A stretch of 64,000 nt of DNA from Paracoccaceae bacterium (GTDB lineage Bacteria > Pseudomonadota > Alphaproteobacteria > Rhodobacterales > Rhodobacteraceae), in NCBI GenBank assembly GCA_045565235.1, contig JBJLFU010000002.1:6760-70759 (forward strand), given 5' to 3'. The position numbers were made by a program, and so were the translations under genes. Below, one piece after another: positions 41,238 through 51,423 of the stretch (its first letter is position 1; every line of letters begins with the position of its first letter). The notes below the pieces were generated by a model, which saw only the letters and a list, made by a program, of their open reading frames with translations, made no database searches and was not told the origin of the DNA.

Positions 41238-41996
41238 GTGATATTTGTTTTGACCAGGCCAATAGTGGGTATAATAGGTAATAGTTACCTTATAGATAAT
41301 AAGTATCCTGCGCAGGGTTCGGGGGTTATGAACGTAGAGGCAATAGCTGAAGTCTCACGTGCTATACCCTCAATTATTCCAAGTTTGCCAAAGTGCTTTT
41401 CAATCGCAGAATTAATTACTTCTTTTGATGGCTTTCTATTTACCGGTGGACGACCTAATGTACACCCATCATACTATGGGCATGAGTTAACGGTAGCCCA
41501 TGGTTTTTTTGATCAGGATAGAGATGAACTGGTTTTACCTCTAATAAAGGCTTGTGAAGAAAAAGGTAAACCAATCTTTGGAGTATGTAGGGGGTTTCAG
41601 GAATTCAACGTAGCATTTGGTGGAACTCTTCATCCTGAGATCAGAGAGCTACCGGGTCGAATCAATCACAGAATGCCCCCAGATGGGACCCTTGAGGAAC
41701 AGTTTGCTCACCGTCATGAAGTTAAGATCACCAAGGGGGGGGTCTTTGAAAAGATTTTAGGTTCTAAAAATATTCTAGTGAATTCTCTTCACGGACAGGG
41801 TATCGATTCTGCTGGAGATAGAGTTTTAATTGAAGGTGTAGCTTTGGATGGAACCCCAGAGGCGCTCCAAATTGTAGGTGCAAGTGGTTTTTGTTTGGCA
41901 GTTCAATGGCATCCAGAATGGAAAGCAGCTTCAGATAAAGTATCAAAAAAGTTATTTGAGGCATTCGGTAAGGCCCTTAGGCTACCATCGGATTGA
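41238..41996 (+). CDS. Class-I glutamine amidotransferase-like hydrolase (peptidase C26, PuuD-like gamma-glutamyl hydrolase)
   Basis: Nucleophile elbow GVCRGFQEFNV, LHGQG and a catalytic His context QWHPEW. GTG start. Confidence 0.82.
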   Translation: MIFVLTRPIVGIIGNSYLIDNKYPAQGSGVMNVEAIAEVSRAIPSIIPSLPKCFSIAELITSFDGFLFTGGRPNVHPSYYGHELTVAHGFFDQDRDELVLPLIKACEEKGKPIFGVCRGFQEFNVAFGGTLHPEIRELPGRINHRMPPDGTLEEQFAHRHEVKITKGGVFEKILGSKNILVNSLHGQGIDSAGDRVLIEGVALDGTPEALQIVGASGFCLAVQWHPEWKAASDKVSKKLFEAFGKALRLPSD

Positions 41997-42939
41997 TTCT
42001 GGTAAGAATTGATATGATCCATTTGAAGTTATTACATGTCCAACCCCAGGGAATGGAAAGTGAAAACCTAGGAGAGCCATCTTTTCATTTGTTAGCAAAG
42101 AAAGAACCTTTTTTCTAGTTTCGACTGCTTTGACTGGGTCCATATCAGTGTCTGGGGTCCAGTCTGGGTATACAAGACTAATGTTAGGGCTTTGTAAAGA
42201 GTCCCCCACAAATTAGGAGTTTGGAACCCTGACTTTTGACAAAGAGACTTGTATGTCCTGGTGAATGCCCAGATGTATCCAGCATATAAACTCCAGGCAG
42301 AATTTCTTTTTCCTCGCTATGTAAGGTTATTTCTGAAAGGGCACCAAGAGAATTAACGGCATACAATACCATCTGTTGAAATGAGTCTTCTACCTCATTG
42401 ATACGATTTTTTTTCGTCCACCACTCATACTCATTTTGGGATATAATAAATTCTGCATTAGGCAAAATAGGTTCGTCAAAGTCGTCTCTTATTCCAAGGA
42501 CATGATCTGGGTGGGCGTGGGTTAAAAAAACGTGTGTTATACTATCTGGTTCGATTTCGGCTAAGGCCAGGTTTTCAAATAATCTTCCTGTATTACCAAT
42601 AAATCTGGAACCAGAACCAACGTCCACCAAAAGCCTTTTGTTACCTACTTCTATAACAACCAAGTTAGTTTCTCTATGGATAGAGTCATCAGGCATATGA
42701 TACTTACGCAGATGTTTCTTTATTTCCTCTTCTGGTGCATTGATTGAAACAGCTGAAAGAGGCAAGGTAAACGAGCCGTCTGAAACAACAGTTATTTTTA
42801 TGTTACCTATTGAGAACTTGAAGAAATTCTGTAGATGAATGTTATTCTGAAAGCTTATATTAGCCATTCCTGGTGAAGCTATTGAGCTAAGGCCCGTTGC
42901 ATATAAATAATTTAAAATTGCTCGTCTGGAAAGTATCAT
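41982..42939 (-). pseudogene. Tat-signal MBL-fold metallo-hydrolase, interrupted by a +1 frameshift in a G5/C5 run (42203..42207)
   Basis: ORF 42184..42939 has an RR-type signal (MILSRRAILNYL...GMA) and THAHPDH plus later His motifs. The C-terminal 75 aa (41982..42209) lie in another frame. Deleting one G from tgtgggggactc restores ...KLLICGDSLQSPN..., giving the usual GD motif of MBL hydrolases. Confidence 0.82.
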
Positions 42940-43043
42940 GGAATTTAAAGAAAATAAGAAACTTTTTAATATGGATAGATTTTATCAATAGGGTATATAC
43001 TATCAATTAATTTAGCAACATTGTTTAAGACAGGTCTTTAGAA

Positions 43044-44078
43044 ATGGTTTGGGATAGACGTCTTTCTGTAGCACCAATGATGGCCCGGACTGACAGACAT
43101 TGCCGTTATTTTTTTCGTCAACTCTCTAAAAAGTCTCTATTATATACTGAAATGATAACAGCAGATGCAATAATTAATGGGGATAGGAAAAAACTTCTCA
43201 GCTTTTCTAATGAGGAGCATCCCTTAGCTTTGCAAATTGGAGGCAGCAATCCAGATACTTTAGCTGAGGCTACCAAAATAGGGTTAGATTGGGGATATGA
43301 TGAGATTAACCTGAATGTGGGCTGCCCTTCCTCCAGAGTAAGTTCGGGCCAATTTGGAGCATGTCTAATGAAGAAAAAAGAGTTAGTAGCTGAATGCGTA
43401 GAAGCTATGACTCAAGCCTCATCAAATATTCCTATAACTATAAAATGTCGAATAGGGGTTGATGAACAAGATCCTGAGTTAGTGTTGCCTGACTTTATTG
43501 AGACGGTATCTAACTCGGGTACCTCAATTTTTATCATCCATGCTAGAAAGGCGATACTTAATGGATTGGATCCAAAAGAAAACCGAAAAATCCCACCCAT
43601 AAAGTATGATTTTGTAAATAATGTGAGGAAACAGTTTTCTCATTTACAGTTATGTATAAATGGAGAAATAAAGAGATTAGAAAGTGTTGCTGGTTTTATT
43701 GATCAGGGATTTACAGGCTGCATGATTGGGCGGCAGGCTTACAAAACCCCAAATAAAATACTTCTCAATGCGGACGAGATAATCTTCAAGACAAACCAAG
43801 AACCGAACAAGATAGCGGATGGAATAAGATTAAAAAATTCTCTCATTAATATGCTAGGCTATCTTGATTGGCATTTGTCTTCTGGTGGAAAAGCATCAAA
43901 TGTTTTGAGACACCTAGTGAATTCTGTGTCTGGATTGCCTGGTGCTAAAATGTTTAGGTCAGTAATCTCTGACGGAATGAGTAGTCAAATAAATAGTTTA
44001 GAATTACTTATTAGTGCAATGAGTTATGTAGATTTTCTTGGTCAAACGGTAGAAAATAAAGGTAATCATATTGAATGA
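43044..44078 (+). CDS. dusA: tRNA-dihydrouridine(20/20a) synthase
   Basis: LSVAPMM..TDRH.R.F.R.....LLYTEM, E.NLN.GCPS, and K.R.G are typical DusA features. Confidence 0.92.
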   Translation: MVWDRRLSVAPMMARTDRHCRYFFRQLSKKSLLYTEMITADAIINGDRKKLLSFSNEEHPLALQIGGSNPDTLAEATKIGLDWGYDEINLNVGCPSSRVSSGQFGACLMKKKELVAECVEAMTQASSNIPITIKCRIGVDEQDPELVLPDFIETVSNSGTSIFIIHARKAILNGLDPKENRKIPPIKYDFVNNVRKQFSHLQLCINGEIKRLESVAGFIDQGFTGCMIGRQAYKTPNKILLNADEIIFKTNQEPNKIADGIRLKNSLINMLGYLDWHLSSGGKASNVLRHLVNSVSGLPGAKMFRSVISDGMSSQINSLELLISAMSYVDFLGQTVENKGNHIE

Positions 44079-44907
44079 TAGTTGGACATATTTTCGGCAA
44101 AAAGGATGGCGTTTCCTTGATGATTTTGGTGAGTTCAGACCATGGATCAACGCGGCCAAACGGGATATAATAAGTAAATTCAAGAATGAGCAATATGATA
44201 TGGGTCAATTGAGGTCAGGTTCTACTTGGTTTGTTGGTATTAATTTCTTAGATAATGGACCCAAGGGAGATATTAAGGGCGTCCCTTTCAGTTCAAAAAT
44301 TCAGTCTGATATAAGGAGAAAATTTGGTTCCCTGATTGATTATTGGGACCAAGGCCAGGTTTCAATATGCTGGCCAGGATATCCAAAAAGGGATTTAACT
44401 GAAACGCTTAATTCATTTAAATATAGAGTCAAAAGATATGCTTCCCATGTGGATGGCTTAATTCCTACAGGTAACAATAGAAGAAGGTTTGCACGGGAAT
44501 TTCATGCCTTTATTCTTGGAATTCCTATTATAAACAACACTTCCCATTCTGCTCCAATGATTGTATGGGAGGGGTCACATTTGATTTTCAGGGATTTGTT
44601 CAAAACCCTTTATGGTGGTCTATCTGAATTTGAAATGAATAATTTGGACATAACTGAGATTTACCAAGAGTACAGGAGAAAGGTTTTTTCAACATGCTCA
44701 GCGAGCATAGTATGTTGCGACGAGAATAGGCCTTATATACTGGATAGGCACCTATTACATGGGGTTCTTCCATGGGCTGACATGATCAAAAATTTAACCT
44801 TAACTTCTTATACTCCAAGGCCTGAGATTGATCCATTGGCAGGTAGAGCTGTAATTTATTTTCGACCTCAATACAAACGCAAGCTAGATTGGGTATTTGA
44901 GAATTAA
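44071..44907 (+). CDS. Hypothetical protein, possibly a PhyH-like Fe(II)/2-oxoglutarate dioxygenase
   Basis: 278 aa. Possible facial-triad pattern H-V-D (ASHVDG) with a downstream WEGSH, plus LLHG and R..IYFR. This is weak, motif-level similarity only. The TTG start overlaps the dusA stop by 8 nt. Confidence 0.45.
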   Translation: MNDSWTYFRQKGWRFLDDFGEFRPWINAAKRDIISKFKNEQYDMGQLRSGSTWFVGINFLDNGPKGDIKGVPFSSKIQSDIRRKFGSLIDYWDQGQVSICWPGYPKRDLTETLNSFKYRVKRYASHVDGLIPTGNNRRRFAREFHAFILGIPIINNTSHSAPMIVWEGSHLIFRDLFKTLYGGLSEFEMNNLDITEIYQEYRRKVFSTCSASIVCCDENRPYILDRHLLHGVLPWADMIKNLTLTSYTPRPEIDPLAGRAVIYFRPQYKRKLDWVFEN

Positions 44908-44946
44908 TGTCTCCATACTTAAAATTAATATCCTTTTAGATTAGTT

Positions 44947-45429
44947 TTACTCAAGAACTGCATTTTTTAGCCTGTCCAATAGTCCTTGAAGAATATAGCA
45001 GGCTGCCAACTTGTCTATAACCCTAGAACGAGATTTTCTAGAGATATCTGACTCTATTAGAATTCTTTCTGCTGCCACAGTAGATAATCTTTCATCCCAA
45101 AGACATATTGGCAGTTTCGTTGCGGTGGAGAGTTTTGTTGCAAAAGATCTTGTAGACTGGCATCTAGGACCTTCGCTACCATTCATATTAATTGGCAAAC
45201 CAATAACTATTCCTTGGAAGGTGTATCTTGAATTAAGAGAGCAGATCTCTTCAAGATCGTGAGAAAATTTTTTTCTTTTTATAGTGCTAACTGGAGTGGC
45301 AATAGTTCTTGTATAATCAGAAACTGCTACTCCTATAGTTTTTGTTCCTAAATCTAAGGCTAAAATTGGCCCAAACAGGTCTAAAGAGCTTAAAAAGTCT
45401 TTTGCATTTTCAAATACTAGTTTTTTCAT
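44947..45429 (-). CDS. ruvX: Pre-16S rRNA nuclease / Holliday-junction-resolvase-like YqgF
   Basis: 160 aa with ALDLGTKTIGVAVSD, IVIGLP.NMNGSEG and WDERLSTV.A motifs. The start overlaps the ccmI stop (TAATG). Confidence 0.9.
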   Translation of the reverse strand: MKKLVFENAKDFLSSLDLFGPILALDLGTKTIGVAVSDYTRTIATPVSTIKRKKFSHDLEEICSLNSRYTFQGIVIGLPINMNGSEGPRCQSTRSFATKLSTATKLPICLWDERLSTVAAERILIESDISRKSRSRVIDKLAACYILQGLLDRLKNAVLE

Positions 45430-46646
45430 TATTGAAGAACATTACTTTTTAAGTTTTGTTCAAGAACCTCTAGTTTATTCAAAATATCTGGTCGGTTAGA
45501 AAAATATTTCACTGCTTTTTCTAAACTTTCATAAGCTTTTTCCTGCTGATCTAAAACTAAAAAAGATCTTATTAAACGAAGCCAATCTTCATAAGGACCT
45601 CCATCAGTTTCTAATCTAGATCGTAAAGTTGACACCATATTCTTAATCATATCCAAGGTCTCATTATCCACACTCTCCCGTAAAGATTCCTTAGTTTGAT
45701 CCTTACCATCCAAAATCTGCTGAAGTCTTTTAATATCTTGGTTTATCAAATTAACATATGGACTTTCTGTATCACTACTTTTTAAAATTTCTGTCCAGAT
45801 AGTATAACCCCTTTCAAAATTATTTTTTTGTAGTTCTAATAACCCAAGGTAGTATCTAGATCTTTGGTCTGAGGGTTTAAGATGAAGTGATTTTTTGATA
45901 TTTTCCTCAGCCTCGATTGAAACATATCCATTTGTCGCTCCAATCATTAGCTCAGCTAATTTCCCATAGTCATCAGCTGAAACTGTTTGTTTTATTTTTT
46001 CAATTATATGATTCTGGGCTAGATGAGCCTTACTGTAATCACCGATTTTAGCTGAATTATCAACAAAAAGATTATAACCTTTAAGGTCCAACGGCCTATC
46101 AATTAGAATTATTTCAAGACGGTCTACTAAGTTTTTTAATTGTTGATTTTCATTTTTTAGTAGGCCTTCAGTACTGCCATTGCTTTGAGGTCTTAGAAGC
46201 AATTCAGCTTGTTGTTGATTTAGATGGGTAACGACTCCTGTGTCATTTTTAAGTTCTATAAATTTTTGAGGTTGGTCTTCGTAGCCGTAATATCCGACTT
46301 TAAGGTAAAAGACGAGGCTAACCACAGCAAGTAGAGGAAAAATTGTAAGGATGAGCATATAATCAAAGAATCTTGGAGAATTAAATGCTTTTTTGACTTT
46401 ATCTTTATTGACTCTTATTTCCCTAAGTACTCTTTTATTAATTTCAAGTTTGGTGATTTTTAATTCATCTTCGTCAATATGATTGTCCAAAAATTCACGT
46501 TCTACTTCACTTAATTGAGCTTCAAGCTCTTTGATATATTCTGTTTTTCCTATTTGTTTTGGGTCAGAATTAAAATAAAGCTTCCTGAAAGTAACAAGGA
46601 TCATGAAAATAAAGATCGATACAATAAATATAAAAAATAACGGCAT
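45429..46646 (-). CDS. ccmI: c-type cytochrome biogenesis protein CcmI (CycH)
   Basis: 405 aa. N-terminal TM, a conserved L..L.E.ERE..D..I.E.E......EI.RR.L segment, a second TM, then periplasmic TPR repeats. Confidence 0.72.
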   Translation of the reverse strand: MPLFFIFIVSIFIFMILVTFRKLYFNSDPKQIGKTEYIKELEAQLSEVEREFLDNHIDEDELKITKLEINKRVLREIRVNKDKVKKAFNSPRFFDYMLILTIFPLLAVVSLVFYLKVGYYGYEDQPQKFIELKNDTGVVTHLNQQQAELLLRPQSNGSTEGLLKNENQQLKNLVDRLEIILIDRPLDLKGYNLFVDNSAKIGDYSKAHLAQNHIIEKIKQTVSADDYGKLAELMIGATNGYVSIEAEENIKKSLHLKPSDQRSRYYLGLLELQKNNFERGYTIWTEILKSSDTESPYVNLINQDIKRLQQILDGKDQTKESLRESVDNETLDMIKNMVSTLRSRLETDGGPYEDWLRLIRSFLVLDQQEKAYESLEKAVKYFSNRPDILNKLEVLEQNLKSNVLQ

Positions 46647-46820
46647 GATTGGATATTTATAAATGTTTTTGGCTATCGTCTAGTTATCTTTGATATAGCC
46701 TGATTTATTTTAACCATATCCTTATACTAGCAATATAGGTTTTAGAACCAGCTGAAACAATGTTGTATTTCTTAAAATCTTTAGGTAGGAAAAGGGTAAT
46801 ACTACTATTTTGGATCTTTT

Positions 46821-48068
46821 ATGAAAAAATATTCTGCATTTGCTTTGGCCAAAGAGGCATTCAATAATCATTTAGGTTGGCAAAGAGCTTGGCAACAGGC
46901 GCAGCCTAAAAAGAAATATAAAATAGTGATAGTTGGTGCAGGTGGGCACGGACTTGCCACTGCTTATTATCTCGGAAAGAATTTTGGTATAAAGGATGTA
47001 GCTATAGTAGAAAAAGGATGGCTCGGTGGCGGCAACACTGGGAGAAATACAACAATTATTAGGTCAAATTATCTTCAAAAAGAGTCTGCTGCAATTTATG
47101 AAAAGTCCAGAACTCTCTACGAGACTTTATCTCAAGATCTCAACTACAATATTATGTTCAGTCCCAGAGGGGTAATGATGCTTTGTCAAACTGAACACGA
47201 ACTACGGGCTATGAAAAGAACCTTTCATGCTAATAGGTTTGCTGGTGTCCAAACAGAAATGATAGCCCCAAAGCGTATGAAAGAGATGATACCAATTATA
47301 AATATTACTGGCCCACGCTATCCAATTTTGGGAGGTCTTTGGCAAGCAAGAGCTGGAACAGCAAGACACGATGCTGTTGCCTGGGGTTACGCCAGAGCAA
47401 TTTCTAGTTGGGGTGCTGATATAATTGAAAATTGCGAAGTTACAGGCATTACTAAGGCCAATTCTAAAATCACTTCAATTCAAACAACCAAAGGCTCAAT
47501 AGACTGTGAAAAATTGTGTTTCATAGTAGCTGGAAGCTCGAGTCTCCTTGCCAAAATGGCTGGTTTCAGGCTCCCAGTTGAGTCAGTAGCCCTGCAAGCT
47601 TTGGTTTCTGAGCCAATCAAACCTCTTATAAATTGTGTGGTGATGGCAAATACTGTTCACGGTTACCTGAGCCAATCTGATAAAGGTGAGCTGGTAATAG
47701 GGGGGGGAGCAGATGGATACAATAATTATAGCCAGAGAGGTAGTTTTCAGCATATTGAGGAGACCGTAAGGGCTCTTGTAGAAACATTTCCGGTCATAAG
47801 TCGCCTAAGGCAGCTTCGTCAATGGGGTGGTATTGTAGATATGACTGGTGATAGATCTCCCATAATCTCAAAAACTCCAGTCGAAAATATATTTTTGAAT
47901 TGTGGCTGGGGTACAGGAGGTTTTAAGGCTATTCCGGGTTCGGGTTGGGCTACGGCAGAGCTTATTGCAAAGGGTGAGCCTGGAAAACTCGCAGAACCTT
48001 TTTCTTTAGATAGGTTCAAAGAAGGAAGAATGATTGATGAGAGCATAGCAGCAGCTGTAGCTCATTAA
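46821..48068 (+). CDS. soxB: Sarcosine oxidase subunit beta
   Basis: 415 aa with FAD fold IVIVGAGGHGLATAYYL and GWLGGGNTGRNTTIIRSNY. It is followed by soxD, soxA and soxG. Confidence 0.93.
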   Translation: MKKYSAFALAKEAFNNHLGWQRAWQQAQPKKKYKIVIVGAGGHGLATAYYLGKNFGIKDVAIVEKGWLGGGNTGRNTTIIRSNYLQKESAAIYEKSRTLYETLSQDLNYNIMFSPRGVMMLCQTEHELRAMKRTFHANRFAGVQTEMIAPKRMKEMIPIINITGPRYPILGGLWQARAGTARHDAVAWGYARAISSWGADIIENCEVTGITKANSKITSIQTTKGSIDCEKLCFIVAGSSSLLAKMAGFRLPVESVALQALVSEPIKPLINCVVMANTVHGYLSQSDKGELVIGGGADGYNNYSQRGSFQHIEETVRALVETFPVISRLRQLRQWGGIVDMTGDRSPIISKTPVENIFLNCGWGTGGFKAIPGSGWATAELIAKGEPGKLAEPFSLDRFKEGRMIDESIAAAVAH

Positions 48069-48086
48069 GAATAAGGATTAGATTTT

Positions 48087-48404
48087 ATGCTAAGGTTCAA
48101 ATGTCCCATATGTAAAGTAATGGTTGACGAAACCGAATTAACTCCTGGAGGGGAAGCTCATATTAAGAGAATGGGACAGGGGAGTTCTGATGAAGAATTT
48201 TACTCTTACCTATTTGAAAGAAAAAATCCTCGAGGAGTACATTTTGAAAGGTGGCTTCACTCCTTTGGCTGTGGAAAGTGGTTTTACGCTGCCCGATGTA
48301 CCAAAACAATGGAGGTTTTTGGGACATATGAAGCCCAAAAAATCAAACCACCCAAACAAATAATTGATGCTGTAAAGAAAAAGAGGCCAAATTGGGAAGT
48401 ATAG
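48087..48404 (+). CDS. soxD: Sarcosine oxidase subunit delta
   Basis: 105 aa with a CP.C...H..GC zinc-site pattern and the conserved position between soxB and soxA. Confidence 0.88.
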   Translation: MLRFKCPICKVMVDETELTPGGEAHIKRMGQGSSDEEFYSYLFERKNPRGVHFERWLHSFGCGKWFYAARCTKTMEVFGTYEAQKIKPPKQIIDAVKKKRPNWEV

Positions 48405-48408
48405 ATAC

Positions 48409-51400
48409 ATGAGTACAAGAAGTAAAATAGGTGGAATTTTAATTGATAGAAAAGAGCGAAGGCCTTTCAGATTTAATGGTAAAAACTTATTTGGATTAAA
48501 GGGGGATACACTAGCTTCTGCTCTGCTAGCTAACAATCAATTATTAGTGGCTCGTTCTTTTAAATATCATAGACCAAGGGGGTTTGTTGCTTCTGGCGTT
48601 GATGAGCCAAATGGTTTGGTGAGTATAGGAAGTGAAGGTAGTTTTGAACCTAACAGATCAGCTACAATGATTGAATTAACCAATGGAATAGAGGCGGTAT
48701 CTCAGAATCATATAGGTTCATTAGAATGGGATCTCGGATCAATAAACAATTTATTAGCCAAAATCTTTCCAGCAGGGTTTTATTACAAGACTTTTATGCT
48801 TCCTAGATTTGCTTGGAAACATTTATTTGAACCTGTTATTAGAAATGCTGCAGGTTTAGGGCAGGCTCCAACTCATCAAGACGTATCGTCCTATGATTTT
48901 TTTTACACACACGTAGACATTTTAGTAGTTGGAGCGGGTATGGCTGGATTGCTTGCTACCTATGAGTTGGCGCAATCAGGATTAAGTGTGCTTTTAGTTG
49001 AGCAAAGACATTACTTGGGTGGTTATGCTCTTTCAGAGGACTTTGAAGCTAATGGTCAAGTAGCGTCTGAGTGGTTAGCGGGCCTTCAGGAAAAATTAGC
49101 CAATTTTGATAATGTTCAAATCAAAAAGAACTTCACGGCGGCAGGTGTCCATGATCATAAATACATCATAGGCTGTGAAAACTTAGAGGTAGCTGAAAAA
49201 GCTGGGGAAAGTACCATAAGACAAAGGCTTTGGCGGATAAGATCTAAGAAAGTAATTTTGACCACTGGCGCAATTGAGAGACCTTTAATTTTCCCTGGAA
49301 ATGATATTCCTGGGGTCATGTTATCAACCTCTGCTCTAGAGTTTTACAAACTCTATGGTGTCTTACCTGGTGATAGAATTGTTGTGGTAACCAATAACGA
49401 TTCCGCCTACCTGGCTGCAATAAATTTACACGATGCTGGTTTATCTGTTCCCGTCATAGTCGATGTAAGAGATAAATCTAATGGTGACCTTCCAAGGGAA
49501 GCAATTTCAAAGGGGATAAGAATAGAATACGGAAAGGCTATTTCACAGGTTATAGGTAATAAAAAAGTGAAGGCTATAGAATTATGTTCGCTAAAAGGAG
49601 AGGGTAGCTCACAAGAAACAATCTATTGTGATAGCATAATTATGTCTGGGGGGTGGTCCCCAACATTACATCTTTGGTCACATTGTGGAGGAAAACTAAT
49701 TTGGAATAACAATCTTGATACTTTTCTTCCTGATGCTTTAGGTCCTCCAATAGATGAGGACGGCGAGGCATTTATCTCAGTTGCCGGGTCAGCTTACGGA
49801 AATTTTTGGCCATCAGAAATTATTAAAAATATTCGTGAGCTTGTAAATGGAGTAAGGAAAGCATTTAAACTTGAAAAGAAAAAATTGAATAAAACGGTTA
49901 TTCAGCAAATCAATTATGGGGAAAGTGCTTCAATTTATTTTATTCCAGAAGGTGCTGGTGAAAAGTTAAAAGATAAGTGTTTTGTGGATTTCCAGAATGA
50001 TGTTAAAATATCTGATCTAAGATTAGCTATCCAAGAGGGATATGAGAGTGTTGAGCATCTAAAACGATATACAACTCTTGGTATGGCAACAGATCAGGGT
50101 AAGCTATCTAATATTAATGGTCTTAAGTATCTAGCGGATTCAGCTGGCAAAGCAATTAATCAAATTGGAACTACGACTTTCCGACCTCCTTTTACCCCAA
50201 TCTCACTAGGATCAATTGCTGGGGAGGCGCGAAAGGGCTTGTTTAAACCTATTAGAAAAACTTCTCTGCACTCTTGGCATAATGCAAATGATGCTATCTG
50301 GGAACCAGTAGGAGATTGGAATAGGCCTTATGCTTACGTTAAACCACATGAGACAGTTGACCAAGCTGTATTCAGAGAGGTAATTAAAACAAGAAATTCC
50401 TTGGGTATTTTAGATGCATCAACCTTGGGAAAAATAATAGTGAGTGGGTCTGATGCAGGAGATTTTTTAGATCTCATATATACAAATACTATGTCTAACT
50501 TAAAAACGGGAAGATGTCGCTATGGTTTGATGTGTAACGAGAATGGATTCTTATTTGATGATGGGGTTGTAGTTAGGTTAGATGCGAATACGTTTCTTTG
50601 CCACACTACTACGGGAGGTGCAGATAGAGTTTATTCTTGGATGGAGGAGTGGCACCAAACTGAGTGGTGGGACAAACGTATTTTTATTCAAAATGTAACA
50701 GAGGAATTTACTCAGATTACTATTGCTGGACCGAACTCACGTGTTTTACTGGAAAGCCTGGGAGGGCTAGACGTATCTTCAACTGTCCTAAAGCCACTAG
50801 ATTTTTTGGAAGGAAAACTGGCTAATATAAAGGCCAAGGTCTTTAGAATATCTTTTTCAGGCGAGTTATCATTTGAAATTGCAGTACCTAATCGATTTGG
50901 TTTGGAATTTTGGACCAAATGCTTAGAAGTTGGTGCCAAGTTTGATATAACGCCTTATGGTACTGAAGCTCTCCACATTATGAGGGCTGAAAAAGGATTT
51001 ATAATGATAGGTGATGAAACAGATGGAACTGTTATACCACAAGACTTGAATTTGGGGTGGGCTATCTCCAAGAGGAAAAAAGATTTTATAGGTAAGAGAG
51101 CTCAAGATCGTGTTTTTATGAGTTCGTCAGATCGGAAAACTTTAGTTGGATTATCTTTGCTTAATAGTTCAAAAAAGATACCTGATGGAGCACAGGTAAC
51201 TTTAGGAGTAGATATAAATTTGAATGACAATTTTTTAGGTCATGTGACCTCAACTTATTTTTCTCCAACTCTTAACAGACCCATTGCAATGGCTTTATTA
51301 AAGAATGGTAAAGCCCTTCTTGGTCAAAATGTTAGGATCCCGCTCAATGCTGAGGAAAATCTAATAGCGCTTGTTACTGAACCAAGGTTCTATGATATTG

Positions 51401-51423
51401 AAGGAATTCGACAAAATGGTTGA
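48409..51423 (+). CDS. soxA: Sarcosine oxidase subunit alpha
   Basis: 1004 aa with a dinucleotide fold ILVVGAGMAGL and a C-terminal GcvT-like aminomethyltransferase/folate-binding domain. Confidence 0.94.
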   Translation: MSTRSKIGGILIDRKERRPFRFNGKNLFGLKGDTLASALLANNQLLVARSFKYHRPRGFVASGVDEPNGLVSIGSEGSFEPNRSATMIELTNGIEAVSQNHIGSLEWDLGSINNLLAKIFPAGFYYKTFMLPRFAWKHLFEPVIRNAAGLGQAPTHQDVSSYDFFYTHVDILVVGAGMAGLLATYELAQSGLSVLLVEQRHYLGGYALSEDFEANGQVASEWLAGLQEKLANFDNVQIKKNFTAAGVHDHKYIIGCENLEVAEKAGESTIRQRLWRIRSKKVILTTGAIERPLIFPGNDIPGVMLSTSALEFYKLYGVLPGDRIVVVTNNDSAYLAAINLHDAGLSVPVIVDVRDKSNGDLPREAISKGIRIEYGKAISQVIGNKKVKAIELCSLKGEGSSQETIYCDSIIMSGGWSPTLHLWSHCGGKLIWNNNLDTFLPDALGPPIDEDGEAFISVAGSAYGNFWPSEIIKNIRELVNGVRKAFKLEKKKLNKTVIQQINYGESASIYFIPEGAGEKLKDKCFVDFQNDVKISDLRLAIQEGYESVEHLKRYTTLGMATDQGKLSNINGLKYLADSAGKAINQIGTTTFRPPFTPISLGSIAGEARKGLFKPIRKTSLHSWHNANDAIWEPVGDWNRPYAYVKPHETVDQAVFREVIKTRNSLGILDASTLGKIIVSGSDAGDFLDLIYTNTMSNLKTGRCRYGLMCNENGFLFDDGVVVRLDANTFLCHTTTGGADRVYSWMEEWHQTEWWDKRIFIQNVTEEFTQITIAGPNSRVLLESLGGLDVSSTVLKPLDFLEGKLANIKAKVFRISFSGELSFEIAVPNRFGLEFWTKCLEVGAKFDITPYGTEALHIMRAEKGFIMIGDETDGTVIPQDLNLGWAISKRKKDFIGKRAQDRVFMSSSDRKTLVGLSLLNSSKKIPDGAQVTLGVDINLNDNFLGHVTSTYFSPTLNRPIAMALLKNGKALLGQNVRIPLNAEENLIALVTEPRFYDIEGIRQNG

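Noticed and set aside
46647-46820. Possible riboswitch (for example glycine or THF) in the 174-nt spacer upstream of soxB
   Set aside because: I could not find the conserved cores of a glycine riboswitch (GGAGAG...CACCG / ACCGAAGGGGCAA-type elements) or any other convincing GC-rich helical core. The region looks like plain AT-rich divergent promoter DNA. A covariance-model scan would settle it.
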